Assembly (NCBI RefSeq): GCF_009834535.1
Contig: NC_045697.1
Location: forward strand, 101,248,001-101,312,000
Source: Camelus ferus
Taxonomy: Eukaryota
Length of the DNA: 64,000 bases
Direction: 5' to 3'
Of this stretch, positions 49,561-62,030 are shown piece by piece. How positions within the stretch are numbered: position 1 is the stretch's first letter; each line of letters begins with the position of its first letter. The position numbers were made by a program, and so were the translations under genes. Under the pieces are notes generated by a model, which saw nothing but the letters and a program-made list of their open reading frames with translations, had not been told where the DNA came from and made no database searches.

Positions 49561-52042
49561 CACAGTGTTTTGCTTTTTACACGTAGTCACTACCAAGGGC
49601 AAGCTTGTCATAGACTTTTTCAATAATTTGGTTAAATAAGCCAATACTTTTATATCCAAGATAATTAAAATTGTATTTCTGTTAGGACCAAATCAATAAT
49701 TTGGTGTTTTATTTTGAATTTTTTACTTTTTTTTTTTACCAAATTAAATGCTTTAAAAATTATAGATTATCTTCCATTTTTAATTTTTAAAAATATTAGT
49801 GATATTTTATGCTTTTTGGAGGTGGGGCAGTGTTCAGTTTTTTAACAAAAGTAAACTAAATAAACACTAGTAAGGCTTCTATTTCTGTTCATCACAGACT
49901 TCTTAGTATAAATTAATACTGTGACTAAGGGCAACTGGAAAAGCTGAATAAAGTGCTATAAAAAAAAAGATATATTTGAAGACTCTGTTGAGCTAAAAAG
50001 AGAGTAAAAAATTGCAAGGCAAAGATACAGAAGAGGACAGAGGCCCAGGAAGATAAGCCTGACTTTGGGCCACTTTTTCAAGGAAGCTGAAGGGTCAGTT
50101 AAGAATCAGTTTATATAGCCCATCAGCACCGGGAAGAATGAGATTGGAGTCCAAGCCCTACTAAGTTGGGGAGATAGGTAAACTCATCTCTTTGGGTTGA
50201 GACATGAAAAGGCTTAATGTTAGAAGTAACAGTGAACCAGAAGTGAACAGTCCCTCACCGGAATTACCGCTTGGCTTCCAGTCATCACAAGGACTGGAGT
50301 TGAAGTGAGACACTCCTGCATCACCAGTGCCACCAAGTGCCTGGGAGTAGCTAACATAACTTCTCTCTGGAGGAAAATACCATCATGCTACAACTCAAAT
50401 TGTTTCTCCAATTTAAAAATACCATTTCATAACATAATCCAAAATAAGGGTACAAGGTAACAGATCAATAGGGATAGAATCCTCCAGATACAATAAAAAC
50501 AGAAACAGAATAATACAGCCTCCCAATATCAGAATAGACTTTAAAGAAACTAAGCTCAAATCTTCAGAGAGAAAAGAAAGATAGTTTGGACATTTTGGCA
50601 GAGAAGTGGAGGCTATAAAGAATAACATTAAAATTCTAGAAACAGTAAATATGGTAACTAAAATTGTCCGTTAAGAAGTTTGAAAAGAAGACTAAAATAA
50701 AATCTAAAAAATAAAAGGAAGAAAATAATAAAGAGCTGAAATTATAAAAGAGAAAACAAATACACATTAGAAGGATCAAAAAGATAAAATGATCCAAAAT
50801 TGATAAAAATCTGGAGAGAATAGTAAAATGAGATACAATAAAATAGATAAACTGAACAAGGAGCATAACTAAAGAACCTGTGGACATGAAAAGATAAAAA
50901 GGGAATACTAGAAACATTTTTACACAAATAAATTCAACTACCTAAGAAAAATACAAATTACTTAAAAAGTAAAAGTTACCAAAACTAGCATATGTATAAT
51001 ACTATCACTATTAGAAAAATAAAATCCATAATAAAGACTCCAAATTTAGATTGTTTCACTGCCTATTCTATGAAACACGTAATAAAGACATAATATCCCT
51101 CTCTTTCGAACTGTCTCAGAGAGTAGAAAAAGAAGAAAAACTTCCCAATTCATTTTTCAAATCCTATATATCCTTGAAATGAAAACCAGATAAAGGCATT
51201 TTGAGAAAAAAAAATTATAGTTTAACCTCATTCATGAACATGGTGCAAAAATTCTAAATAAAATATGGAAAAATCAAATCTAGCAACATACGGAAATTAT
51301 AATACAACACAACCAAGTTTAACCCAGGAATGCAAGGTCAGTTTAACACGTAAAAACAAAGCTTTGTAATTCATCACATTAACAGAATATACAGGATAAA
51401 AATCATATGACTATCTCAATCTATGTAAAACAATTTTACAAAATTTACCATTAATTCACCATTAAAATTTCTTAGAAACCTTCCTTAATCTCCTAAAGGA
51501 GATCTCTGAAAAATTCTGTAAAAAATCATCCTTAATGGTGAAATGTTGAAAAGTTTTCTATTTGAGAATGAAAGTGTTAAAAAGAATGCTCACTATCACC
51601 ACTTTAATTCAGTGTTGTATGGAAAGTTCTCCCCAGTGCAATGTATAAGAAATGGAAAGAAAAAATTAAAATATCATTATTTACTAAAGACATAGTTGTG
51701 CTCTTAGACCATTCATAAGATTCTATAATGTATTATTTGAATTAATAGTAAGTTTTGCAAAACTACAAAATCTACAAAAGTAATTGCATTTATATGTATG
51801 TCAAAAATAAACAAAAATAAATTTTTAAAAGATAATATACACATAAAAATGGAACAAAAATCAAATACCTAGAAAAAAATCTAACAAATAATGTGCAAAA
51901 TCTCTATAGAGAAATCTATAAAATATTATTGGGGCATTAAAGAAAAAAATGATTTTTAATGTGGCCTTATTATTTTAAAATTTTCAAAAAATTACCTGCA
52001 ATTATTCTTACAATTTCATTTTGTTGTTAAAAATGTTGAAAT

Positions 52043-54082
52043 GTCTAATAGGTGTATAGTATTATCTCATTATTGCTTTAGTTTGCATTTCCCTGATGAC
52101 ATATAGTGTGGAGCATCTTTTCATATGTTTATTTGCCATGTGTATATCTTTTCTGGTGAGGTGTCTGTTCAGATCCTATTTTGTAAACATGTTGTTTGTT
52201 TTCTCATTGTTGAGTTTTAAGAGTTCCTTGTATATTTCAGTATCATTCCTTTACTAGATGTGTATTTTGCAAATATTTTCTCCCAGTATGTGGATTGCTT
52301 TCTCATTTTGCTAAAAGTGTCTTTCATAGAAAAGACAACTGTAATTTTAATGAAGTCCAGCTTATCAGTTATTTCTTTCATGGATCAAGTCTTTGGTGTT
52401 GTATCACCATACCATCTAAGTTTTCCCCTGTGTTATATCCTAGGAATTTTACAATTTTGTGTTTTACATTTAAGTCTATGATCCATTTTGAATTAATTTT
52501 TGTGAAGGCTATAAGATCTGTATCTAGATTCTTTTTTTCTTTTTTTTTGCATGTGAATGCCCAGTTGTTCCAAAACCATTTGTTGAAGAGACCATCATTG
52601 CTCCATTGTATGCCTTTGCTCTTTTGTCAAAGATCAGTCCACTGTATTTATGGGGGATCTATTTCTGATCTCCCTTGTCTTTCATTGATCTATTTGTCTT
52701 TTTTTTGACCAATACTACAATGTCTTGATTACTGTAGCTTTGTTAAGTCTTGAAGTAAGGTAATGTCAGCTTTCTATTTGGTTCTTCTCCTTCAATACTG
52801 AGTTGGTAATTCTGGATCTTTGGCATCTCCATACAAATTTTAGAATCAGTTTTTCCACAAAGCAACTCACTGGGAGTTTTGCTGGAATTGCCTTGAATCT
52901 ATAGGTCAAGTTGAGAGAATCTGACTACTTGACAATATTGAGTCTTCCTATCCACTAACATGGAATATCTCTCCAAATATTTAGTTTTTTGTTTATCTAA
53001 TTAATTGAAGTTTTATAGTTAATCCACATAAAAATCTTGTATATATTTTGTGAGATTTATATCTAGTATTTAGTTGTTTTGATTGTTAATATAATATTAA
53101 TGTGTTTTTAATTTCAAATTACTCATGTTCATTGCTGATTTATAGGGAAGTGATTGTGTATTAACCATGTATCCTGCCACCTTGCCATAATTGCTTAAGA
53201 GTTCTAGAGTGTTTTTTCTGATTCTTTAGGTTCTTCCACATAGATAATTATGTCATCAGTAGAAAGACAGCTTTATTTCTTCCTTCCCAATCTGTCTACC
53301 TTTTATTTCCTCTTCTTATCTGATTGCGTTAGCTAGGATGTCCAGTATGATGCTGAAAAGCATAGATGAGAACAAACATCTTTGTTATGGTCCCAATCAG
53401 AAAGCTTCTAGTTTCTCACCATCAAGTATAATTTTAGCTATAGGGTTTAATAGATGCTTTTTATCAAGTTGAGGAAGTTCCCCTCTATTTCAAATTTGCT
53501 AAGAGTTTTCATCATGCTGGAAGTTGCATTTTGTCAAATGATTGTTCTACATCTATTGATATGATCATAAAATTTTTCATAACTTGTTGATATGATGGAT
53601 TACATTAATTGATTTTTTAATGTGGAACCAGCCTTGCATATCTGGGGTAAATTTGCTTGGTCATGATGTATAGTTTCTTTTTGTACATTATTAGATTTGA
53701 TTTACTAATCTTTTGTTAAGGATTTTGCATCCCATTCATGAGAAATATTGGTCTGTAGTTTTCTCTTTTTTGTAATGTCTTTGTCTGTTTTGCATTCGAG
53801 TAATTCTGATCTCATAGAATGAAGTGGGACATAGACTCTCCCCTTCTACCTTCTGGAAGAGACTGCAGAGAATTCGTGTGATTTCTTCCTTAAATGTCTG
53901 AACCCATTTGGACCTGGTGCTTTCTGTTTTTAAAGGGTATTAATTATTAATTGAATTTCTTGAATATATAGAGGCCAATTTAGATTTTCTACTTTTTCTT
54001 GAGTGAGTTTTGTCACATTGTGTCTTACAAGGAATTGGTCCATTTAATCTAGGTTGTCAAATTTGTGTGTATATAGTTGTCT
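52043..54082 (-). mobile_element. L1 ORF2 fragment, antisense, nested
   Basis: tttgcatttccctgatgac...gagcatcttttcatatg...ttatcaagttgaggaagttcccctctatt...aggaattggtccatttaatctaggttgtcaaattt. Confidence 0.9.
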
Positions 54083-54084
54083 AT

Positions 54085-54670
54085 GTTAAAATGCTTCCTC
54101 CGGAATATTTTCACAGGTATTAACTCTGCCTCTTCTCAAAGCACTGTTTTTTGACAAATATTTTTATAAGATATAATTTATCAAATATACCATAGGCACA
54201 GCCGGTGACAGACAGACAAAAACATCAGATAGTATAGTTTTCCCACCACCATGCTGGATCAGAATGAGCTAGCTATCTCTAGCTCTTCATGTTTGAGTGC
54301 ACCTCATTCTACCAGTGAGTGTTATGCTTGCTGTCTTTGAATGGGTGATGTTAATAGCACTGTGGTAGGAATTAGCTGAAAAAAGAGAGGTGGATCACTG
54401 CTGGCTATTTCCAGATGTAACCACAAATAAAAGTGAGAATTCTTATCGCTGTACACATGTCTCATCCACTTCTAGCTGAGACCATGCAGGAACTGAAATT
54501 ATAAAGTAGAGGTCTAGCAAAACTTGCCCTGCTTATTGTAATTTAATAATAATAATGATAATAATAAAAATTGAAAGATTAAAAAAACCTCAGAAAAATA
54601 CTAAATTAGACAGGATACTAGGAACATAGGTGTAAACCAGGACAGTCATAGGCAAACCAGGAAAGAACAT
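54085..54670. mobile_element. Possible hAT-Blackjack (MER81/MER94/BLACKJACK-like) relic
   Basis: The terminal ggtgtaaaccaggacagtcataggcaaaccagga resembles Blackjack-group subterminal sequence. A similar end occurs at ~34470-34510. Confidence 0.45.
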
Positions 54671-56142
54671 ACATTGCAGTTCTATGAATTCAATGCAGTT
54701 TTAATAAAAATGCAAATTCAATGAAATTCTAATAAAATACTAACAGTTTTTCTAGCTGTACCTAACAAGTTAATTTGAAAATGTCAAAGGAAGAACCAAG
54801 ACACTCTTTTAGAAGAATGACAAGGTGGAAGGTCTTCTCTACTGCAAATCAAAATGTATTATAAAGCTACAGTAATTAAGATTAGCCAGCATTGGTACAA
54901 GGGTGAAATAATAGATAAATGGAATGAAACAGAGAGCCTAGACATAGAATTATTAATACATGAATAGTTGAATTACTAGAAAGTTGATACTGCAGAGCTG
55001 TGGGATAAAGATAACTTTTCAATAACTTGTGCTAGGACAATTAGATATCTACATTTAAAAAATGGTCTAAATATGGAAGCTAAAATAGCAAAGGTTCAAA
55101 AACATAGTATATTGTAATATAACATCAACAACTCAGCAGAGGGAAACATTTCTTAAACGAATTTAAACAGCACTAAACATAAAATAAATGAGGGATAAAT
55201 TAGACTACATCAAAGTTAAGAACTTCTGTTCATCAACATTCACATTAAGAGAGTAAAGAGGCAATCTAGAAAGCTGGAGGAGATTTTTTGAAGCAGACTA
55301 TCAAGAACTCCTACAATTGAAAAAAAAAAACATTCAACACAATAGAGCCTTTAAATAGCATTTGCAGAAAGAAGATAGCCAAATTGTTAATAATCATATG
55401 AAAAAGTGCTCAAGCTCATTAGGGAAATGCTAATTAAAGCCACAATGAGATACCGCCACACACCCAGTCAAATGGCTAAAATTGAAAAGAATCCCAACCA
55501 CCTATATTGGTGAGGACGTGAAGCAGAGAGAGCTCTCTTTTATTGCTGATGGGAATATAAATTGGTACCACTTGGAAAACCTCTTTGATGATATCTGTTA
55601 ATATTATGGATAGACATAACCTGAGATGCAAAAATTGCATTCCTAGGTATGTTTCCATCAGAAATATATGCACACGTGCCCTAAGAGACATGTGCAAGAA
55701 TATTTCCAGCAATATTATCTACAATTTTCCCAACCAGAAACAAATCAAATATCTATCAACAACAGACTAAATAGCTAAAATGTGGTATATTTGTACAATA
55801 AAATATACCCAAAGTTTTTAAAGCTACAGCTTCTCAATACTCTGATGAATATCAGAAACAAGCAAAAGAAGATAGGAAAGAATGCTGTGTGCTTTACAAT
55901 ATTTATATAATAAATAAAGTCCAAAAATAGGAGAGGGTATACAACATGATTAGTCAGGATACATACTTTGGTGGTAAAACCATGAAGAAAAACAAGAAAA
56001 TGAGTAAATCAAAGTAACCCTAATGATTCTATTTAAGGGGCTGGGGGTGGACAAGTTAATGGAGGCACAGAAGGGGTGGCGATATCTTACCCTTGACCTC
56101 ACAATGGTTACAGGGGTGCTCACTTTGATAAATCATTAAGGA

Positions 56143-56166
56143 GTGTGTTGTGTGTGTGTGTGTGTG
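56143..56166. repeat. (TG)n microsatellite
   Basis: Direct reading. Confidence 0.9.
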
Positions 56167-56922
56167 CAATTTTCCACATTTTTTCTATATCTCAAATTTT
56201 TAAAAAAGATAAAATCTATTGTAACAACTATCCTCATTCAATTCTCATCTCACTTCATTGTTTGGAATATAATAAGCTCAGCCTTACTCGCCTGCAAGGC
56301 TTACCGTGAAAAATACTTAACACTCAATTGTGTGGAGGTTTAGGTAAGGATTCCATAAAATTTCAAGTTAAGACAGAGAGCAACAAATTACTAAACAGGA
56401 TGCGTGCTGCTGAGTGACTTTTTTTTTCATTCTGAATCACATGTGAACAGAACATGATCAAGAAAATCAAGACAACAGCAGGAATCTATACCAATTCCCC
56501 ACATGAGAATATCTGCTTCTACTTGTCATGAATATTACAATAATATTTTCTAATTAGAGTCTCAAAGAATCAGCAGGTGATATTCTTTCTCTTCGAAGTG
56601 TTTAAAATTATGGGCCAATTAGATATGAAATCATATCACAGGATTATGATTTCTGTTTAGATTATTAAAACTTAAGACAGAGGGGTTTTTTTTGCCCAAC
56701 TTCAGTGCTTAAAAGAATATTACTGTAACTAGCTTTAGTTAACTTCAACAACATAAAATGACAGGTAATTCAACTCCAGGAAAACTTTTTATTTATTTTA
56801 TGGCTGTATTTGAAGACCAAACAAAACCTTAGCTTTATAATATTAATTTATTCTGTGGGAAAAATATATATGCAAGATCTGTTATAGATGATTGTATAAT
56901 ACAATTACTGAAAACCAAGATG

Positions 56923-57030
56923 CATATGAAAACGAATGTGTGTATGTATGTGCATGACTGGGACACTGTGCTGTGAACCAGGGACTGAAACATTGTAATT
57001 GATGGTACTTCAATCAAAAAAAAAAAAAAA
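56923..57030 (+). mobile_element. Very short L1 3' tail insertion with poly(A)
   Basis: Homologous to the last ~100 bp of the L1s at 15.9 kb and 38.5 kb. Flanked by caagatg at 56916 and 57033. Confidence 0.85.
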
Positions 57031-57407
57031 GTCAAGATGTAGTATTTAAAACTTTGCTGACATTTTATGTTGTTAGTCATCAACAAATAAAAATATATAG
57101 GAGACAGTAGACATTAAATCCATTCATTAATTCTAAATTTTGCTTCTCACAATTACAACAATACAAAAAAAAGGGAAGGACATTTATAAACTCAAATGGA
57201 GAGTTTCAGTAAAATTATAGTCAATAGAATTGGACAAAATTTCAGTGAAGGAAATGCCCTATTGACTGAAAAGAGGTCACAGGATTTGGCAATGAGGATG
57301 TAGAGGTGATCTTAGAATGGATAATTCTGTGCAGTAGTAGAGGCAGAAGTCAGCAAAACAGAGTGGGAATCAAGGAAGAGGACGAGTCAGTTGCTTTCTT
57401 CCTTCTT

Positions 57408-57805
57408 CCGTTGGTATAAAACCCCCAGATTTACCTAGATATGTAGCTGTCCTCGTACCAAGACATATATTTCTCATCCTGCTCACAGAAGTTACGTGTG
57501 GCCGTGAGCCTAACTTTTGGCCAATGCGATGTGATGTTTCAATTTGTGTGTTCCACACACCCTCTTCTCTAATTCTCACTTTTAGGAAAGTAGACACGAC
57601 GGTCAAGTTAGAGAAGCGTTTTTAGACCACGAAGCAGAAATGGAAGCCAGGTGTTGAGGCTGGTGAAAGTGTACAGGAGGAGTCTGGGTCTCTGCCTCTG
57701 GACTCCTTGCTCAGAATGGGGCATAAAACGGAAATAAACTCCATCTTTCAAGCCACTGACACACTGCTCTTTTTTTTCAGTGGTGGAACCTGTCCTAATT
57801 AACAC
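57408..57805 (+). mobile_element. MaLR (MLT1J-like) solo LTR
   Basis: aaacccccagattt...tgtggccgtgagcctaacttttggccaatg...aaataaactccatctttcaagccactg. Confidence 0.7.
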
Positions 57806-58609
57806 TGCAAACAATAATGCCAAGGAAAATAAAAAGCGTTAGAAGAAAAGGAATGAAATTATAATAACAGTAAGCGGCTCAACGGTGAGCAACATGCACA
57901 ACTAAACACAGTACAGGATTTCACCAAAGAGTGAAATCATCACTTTACTGGTAGAAAGGAAGAAGGATATGAGCAGGTGAAAATTTGAGAACTAAATCCT
58001 CAAATTTCATAGAGAGAAATTTATAGATATTGTGTAAAATTAAATGCATAAATAAAGATACAGCTGTTTAGACCTGCTATTTAGTGGGGAGGGGAGGAAA
58101 TACCAAAAGAAATGGCTTAAACAGTTGAAGGTATCTGTTTTAGGAAAGTGGGATTTAGGAACCAGGAGAGATGGAACAGGGATATGCTGGGTTTCTGTTG
58201 TATTTTAGAGCACACTTTATGTACATGTATCATTTGAAAAAATAAAAATATCTGAAAAGCAAAATGCAGTAAGCACAGGAACTAAAACCCTATACATATA
58301 ATGCCAGGCACCAACCCTTCCCTGTTTTTTTGGTACAGAGAAGACAGACAGACCTGAAGGAAGAGATGCCAAGAAAAGAAGTAGAAAGGTCAATGAAGAT
58401 AACTTGGGAAAAAAGAAAATGTTCATCTGCATCACAGTTTTGCTTAATCCTGCCAGTTGTGTGTGGAGAAACAGAAGCTGTCCTTAGAGATGGTCGATCT
58501 CTTTTATGGCTTCTGGTGCGCGCAGTTCAAACGAAGTGCTGCTGACAGCCCTGCGTGATTTCAGTAAATCCTGAAAGACTTTTCTGTAGCTATGGAGGGA
58601 GCACAGTGT

Positions 58610-58820
58610 AGCTGAAGGAGCATGGATGACAAAGAGAATAGATGTGAATTCTAATCCTTGCTCCCTTGTCACCATAGTCACCTTAAGCAAGTTACTTCAC
58701 CAAGCCCCAATTGCCTCATAAATGATGCGGCAGGGATAATACCCTCCACACTAGATGGGTGTGAGAATTAAATAAGATAGCAAATAAGCTTCTTGCCCAC
58801 AGCAGATGAGGATAAATGGC
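58610..58820 (+). mobile_element. MIR SINE
   Basis: ttctaatccttgctcc...caccttaagcaagttacttcac...gtgagaattaaataagata. Confidence 0.7.
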
Positions 58821-59260
58821 ACCTTCCTCTTGTCCTTCATTGTTTTATTGTTTTCCAACATTTGTAGCAAGTGATTTATTGATTAGTAAGTTCTAAATAA
58901 ACATCTGCTTATTGATTCTGTGCATGCAAATTCTCTCTCTCACTCTTTCTCTCTCTTTTATCGCACTTAGGTTCTACTCTGAACTTCCAAATGCCTCAAA
59001 ATTTGACACAAGGTAAATTCAATTTCTTATAAAAGAACTCACTAATTCTCAGTACCATTTCCTCTACCAAAAAAAAAGGTGTTTTCTTGGTTAATTTGCC
59101 TAATGCAGTACTAAAACTGTAATTCACCTTTACTCAAGAGTATGAAACAATAAATTTGGGTCAATTTACTGGCTCAAAAAAACTAAATTGGCTCAAACTA
59201 GCAGCAAAATACATAAAATGAGTTAGTAAACTGAGACCATAAAGGGCAATGTTCTCTTAC

Positions 59261-59279
59261 CTCTGTTCTACACAGTTCC
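59261..59279 (-). other. Candidate 19-nt microexon
   Basis: Minus strand reads actgac...ccattgtattttcag|GGAACTGTGTAGAACAGAG|gtaaga. Confidence 0.3.
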
Positions 59280-60859
59280 CTGAAAATACAATGGTAATGA
59301 GTCAGTCTTAAGGAGATTCACAGGCTCAAAACTCTGGTAGAATTGTGTCATTTCAAGGGAATGGTGAAGGGCTTGCTTGATTAAATCTTTCTTGTTTCCT
59401 TTTCCACATATTTTTGGATTTTCTAAAGTTCTTGTTTTCAAAGCCAGACTTCCCTCCTTCCCTGAATAGTGTCTCCTATCTAATATTCAAAGGAGAAAAA
59501 ATCAGGGCTACAATTTCATTCGCATGTGAAACCCAATTACTCAGTTAAAGTCAATACATTTTTTTGAGAACATTTTGAGAGAACAGTGGTCAGCAATGAG
59601 GTGGATAAAATAGTGAGTAAGGAGACTCGGTTCTCAAATAATGTTCCAAAGCCCAAAGTGACACAAATATCCAAGTAAGTACAATCAACAGCAGATCAAT
59701 CTCAGTGCCACTGCCAGGAGATACCATCCTTTACAGCTTCCAAAAAAGAAAGAGAGAGAGAGAACATGCAACTGAAAGGATTCCTGAATCTAGTACCTGC
59801 ATCAGGCACTTTCAGATCCATCTCATCCTCCAATTCTCAGAGGAACTACATGCAGGATGAGAAATTACCAAATTTGGTCTAGAATTTGGGTTTTCTGTCT
59901 TCTAATCCATTGCATTTCAGCATGCATAGTTTCAGAACTCTTAAAAAAACAATAACAACAAAAACAAAAACATCAACAAAGAAAAACCCTCCTGTGAATC
60001 CTTTTATCATTGCTGTATGGTATCAATTTTCCTGGTTAAAATGATACTTATGAAAATCATCTCGCCTGGTGGTTTAGCTCAGTAGGTGAGCTCCATTATC
60101 TCCACAGTTGAACAGCTCTTGTCATTTTATTTTTTAAACTTTCATTTGCAGCAAACAGTAGATTAACATTTTGTGTCCTCGGTGAATTATCATTTTGTTA
60201 TGGAGCACACCATGGTTGCAGTGAACCACATTCTTTCAAAACTGGCCCAACTCATGGCGAGAGGATCCTCCCCATGGTCATTTTTAGTATCTGGCTGGAA
60301 AATTTTCTGACAAGTGTAGCTAATTTTGTGCACCCTGAATGTTAAGTGTTTGAAGGCACCTGAATGAATTATATTTCTAAAAAAATACACCTTCGCTTTA
60401 CATTTTCCATAATTAACTAGCATGGGGCTATGGTTAAGTAACTTAAGAATCAAAAGGATTCTGTCAAGTTAATGAACAGTACATTTAACTATACAAGTAT
60501 AAAAATTGGAATCTGTGGCAACATACTGTAGGTTATAAACTTAATTTCGTTTTTATCATTTACATGCATTATTCCATTGAAAATCTACATGAAGGGCATG
60601 GGGAGCTTTCTGCTCCTCTAATCTATTTGCTCTTTTCACTTGTACATTTACTAGCTTCCTGCATTTTTGTTGGTTTTCAAAAGGGAGACTTAATATCAGT
60701 TAAAAAGCTAATATTATTCCTTAAATATTGACAGTGATATAATGTAAGAATATTTATTTGATTAATTCTGAAATGGAAGATCCAGGTGAAATCAATACTT
60801 CAACACTAAAGATTCAGGACAAAATTAAATTATAATCTTGGGAAAGATCCTTAAATTAC

Positions 60860-60940
60860 CTCATCCGTAAGAGAACAAGATCACATGTGCAATGATAAAG
60901 TTCAATGGGCTGAATGTCATAACCAGCAATTGTTCCTATT
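60860..60940 (-). other. Candidate 81-nt internal exon
   Basis: Minus strand reads gtcttccttcttgtgttattcttccacag|AATAGG...GGATGAG|gtaatt. One frame is open. Confidence 0.3.
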
Positions 60941-61695
60941 CTGTGGAAGAATAACACAAGAAGGAAGACCTTAATTATATCATGAAGAATTTCAATCAGA
61001 TTCCTGCCATTCAGTCCTTAAAACAGATATCGACAAGATGTGGTAGAATTTGAAAAGTAGGCTACAATCTCAATACGAGGTAATGTTTGAGAGTTTTTTT
61101 TCCAATTGCAGTATTATATCTTTTCTCATAGTTAAACCACGGAAGCTTCTTAATTTACCAATTCTCTCAGAGTTGAAAAATCCTTTAAAAACACAACTAG
61201 ATCTTTCTTTCATGTTCTGTCAGATATTCAAGGACGGTTATTTAAAATACAAATCTTCCAGCCCCATTCACCTAGAGGGCACCAGCTGCTGACTAGGAAA
61301 CAGTGAGGCTGTTACTTCCATCTGAAGTAACAGATGCTGGAAGTCTTTCCCTCAAGTCAGGAGACAGTCCAATTGAAGCTATTAGCAGATGCATTGTTGG
61401 GGATAAGACATTAGTAAACGGGGCCCATGAAGTGCGCTCAGGTCTTCTAGATGATCGGATGAAGGTTGAGGTAGACTGGATTCCAAAACATAACCAACCA
61501 GAAGAGTGAGAGATGTTGAACACAGCTTGATCCTTTGCATACATGTGGCCGTGCTCTTAAAAACTTCCCTGCAAAATCCTGAATCTCTCCTGTTATTGCC
61601 TCATCATTAAATACCATCACACGTGTTATCTTTGGAGTATTCATAGTTTTAATCTTCTATGGCATTGATGGCTAACTGTCCACCGAAAGCATGGT

Positions 61696-62030
61696 GTGGA
61701 TTCTGGGAGGTACTTCTCAATCAGAGAGACAGTTCAGCCTTGTCCACATGACTAGCTCCCACCAAAGGAAGATGAGAAGATGGGAGTGTGTCATCTCCAT
61801 CCTGAAGCTTCTAAGAAGCAGATGGATCTGATGTAGAGATACAGAGAACCAAGAGGCCCCAGGGGATGGCAGAATCAAAAGGTAGAAAGATCCTGAGTTC
61901 TCTGAACACCTTCATGGAGGAACACTTTCCACCAATTATGAATACCCCACTGGTCTCTTACAGAAGTAAGAAGTAAAGAAAACTTAGAGTTTATTAATTG
62001 GACCACCTAGAGTAACCCTACAGCTCCAAA
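61696..62030 (+). mobile_element. MaLR (late MLT1) LTR, degenerate
   Basis: gatggcagaatcaaaaggtagaaagatcctgagttctctgaacaccttcatggagg motif. Confidence 0.6.

Larger units (their letters stand above)
49870..56210 (+). mobile_element. Old, fragmented L1 (L1M-type) interrupted at ~51950-54670
   Basis: ORF2-like remnants (cttcccaattcattt, cccaggaatgcaagg, tattataaagctacagtaattaag, cacaatgagataccgccacacaccc) colinear on both sides of the interruption, followed by a 3'UTR. Confidence 0.8.

Noticed and set aside
60190..60453. 87-aa minus-strand ORF as a coding terminal exon
   Set aside because: The acceptor is weak, I recognise no homology, and the length is compatible with chance.
61340..61480. 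Parvovirus Rep or mononegavirus L endogenous element
   Set aside because: Only scattered residues resemble these proteins (LDDRM, LEGK, FKDGYLK). The Walker A motif and other invariant motifs are absent.
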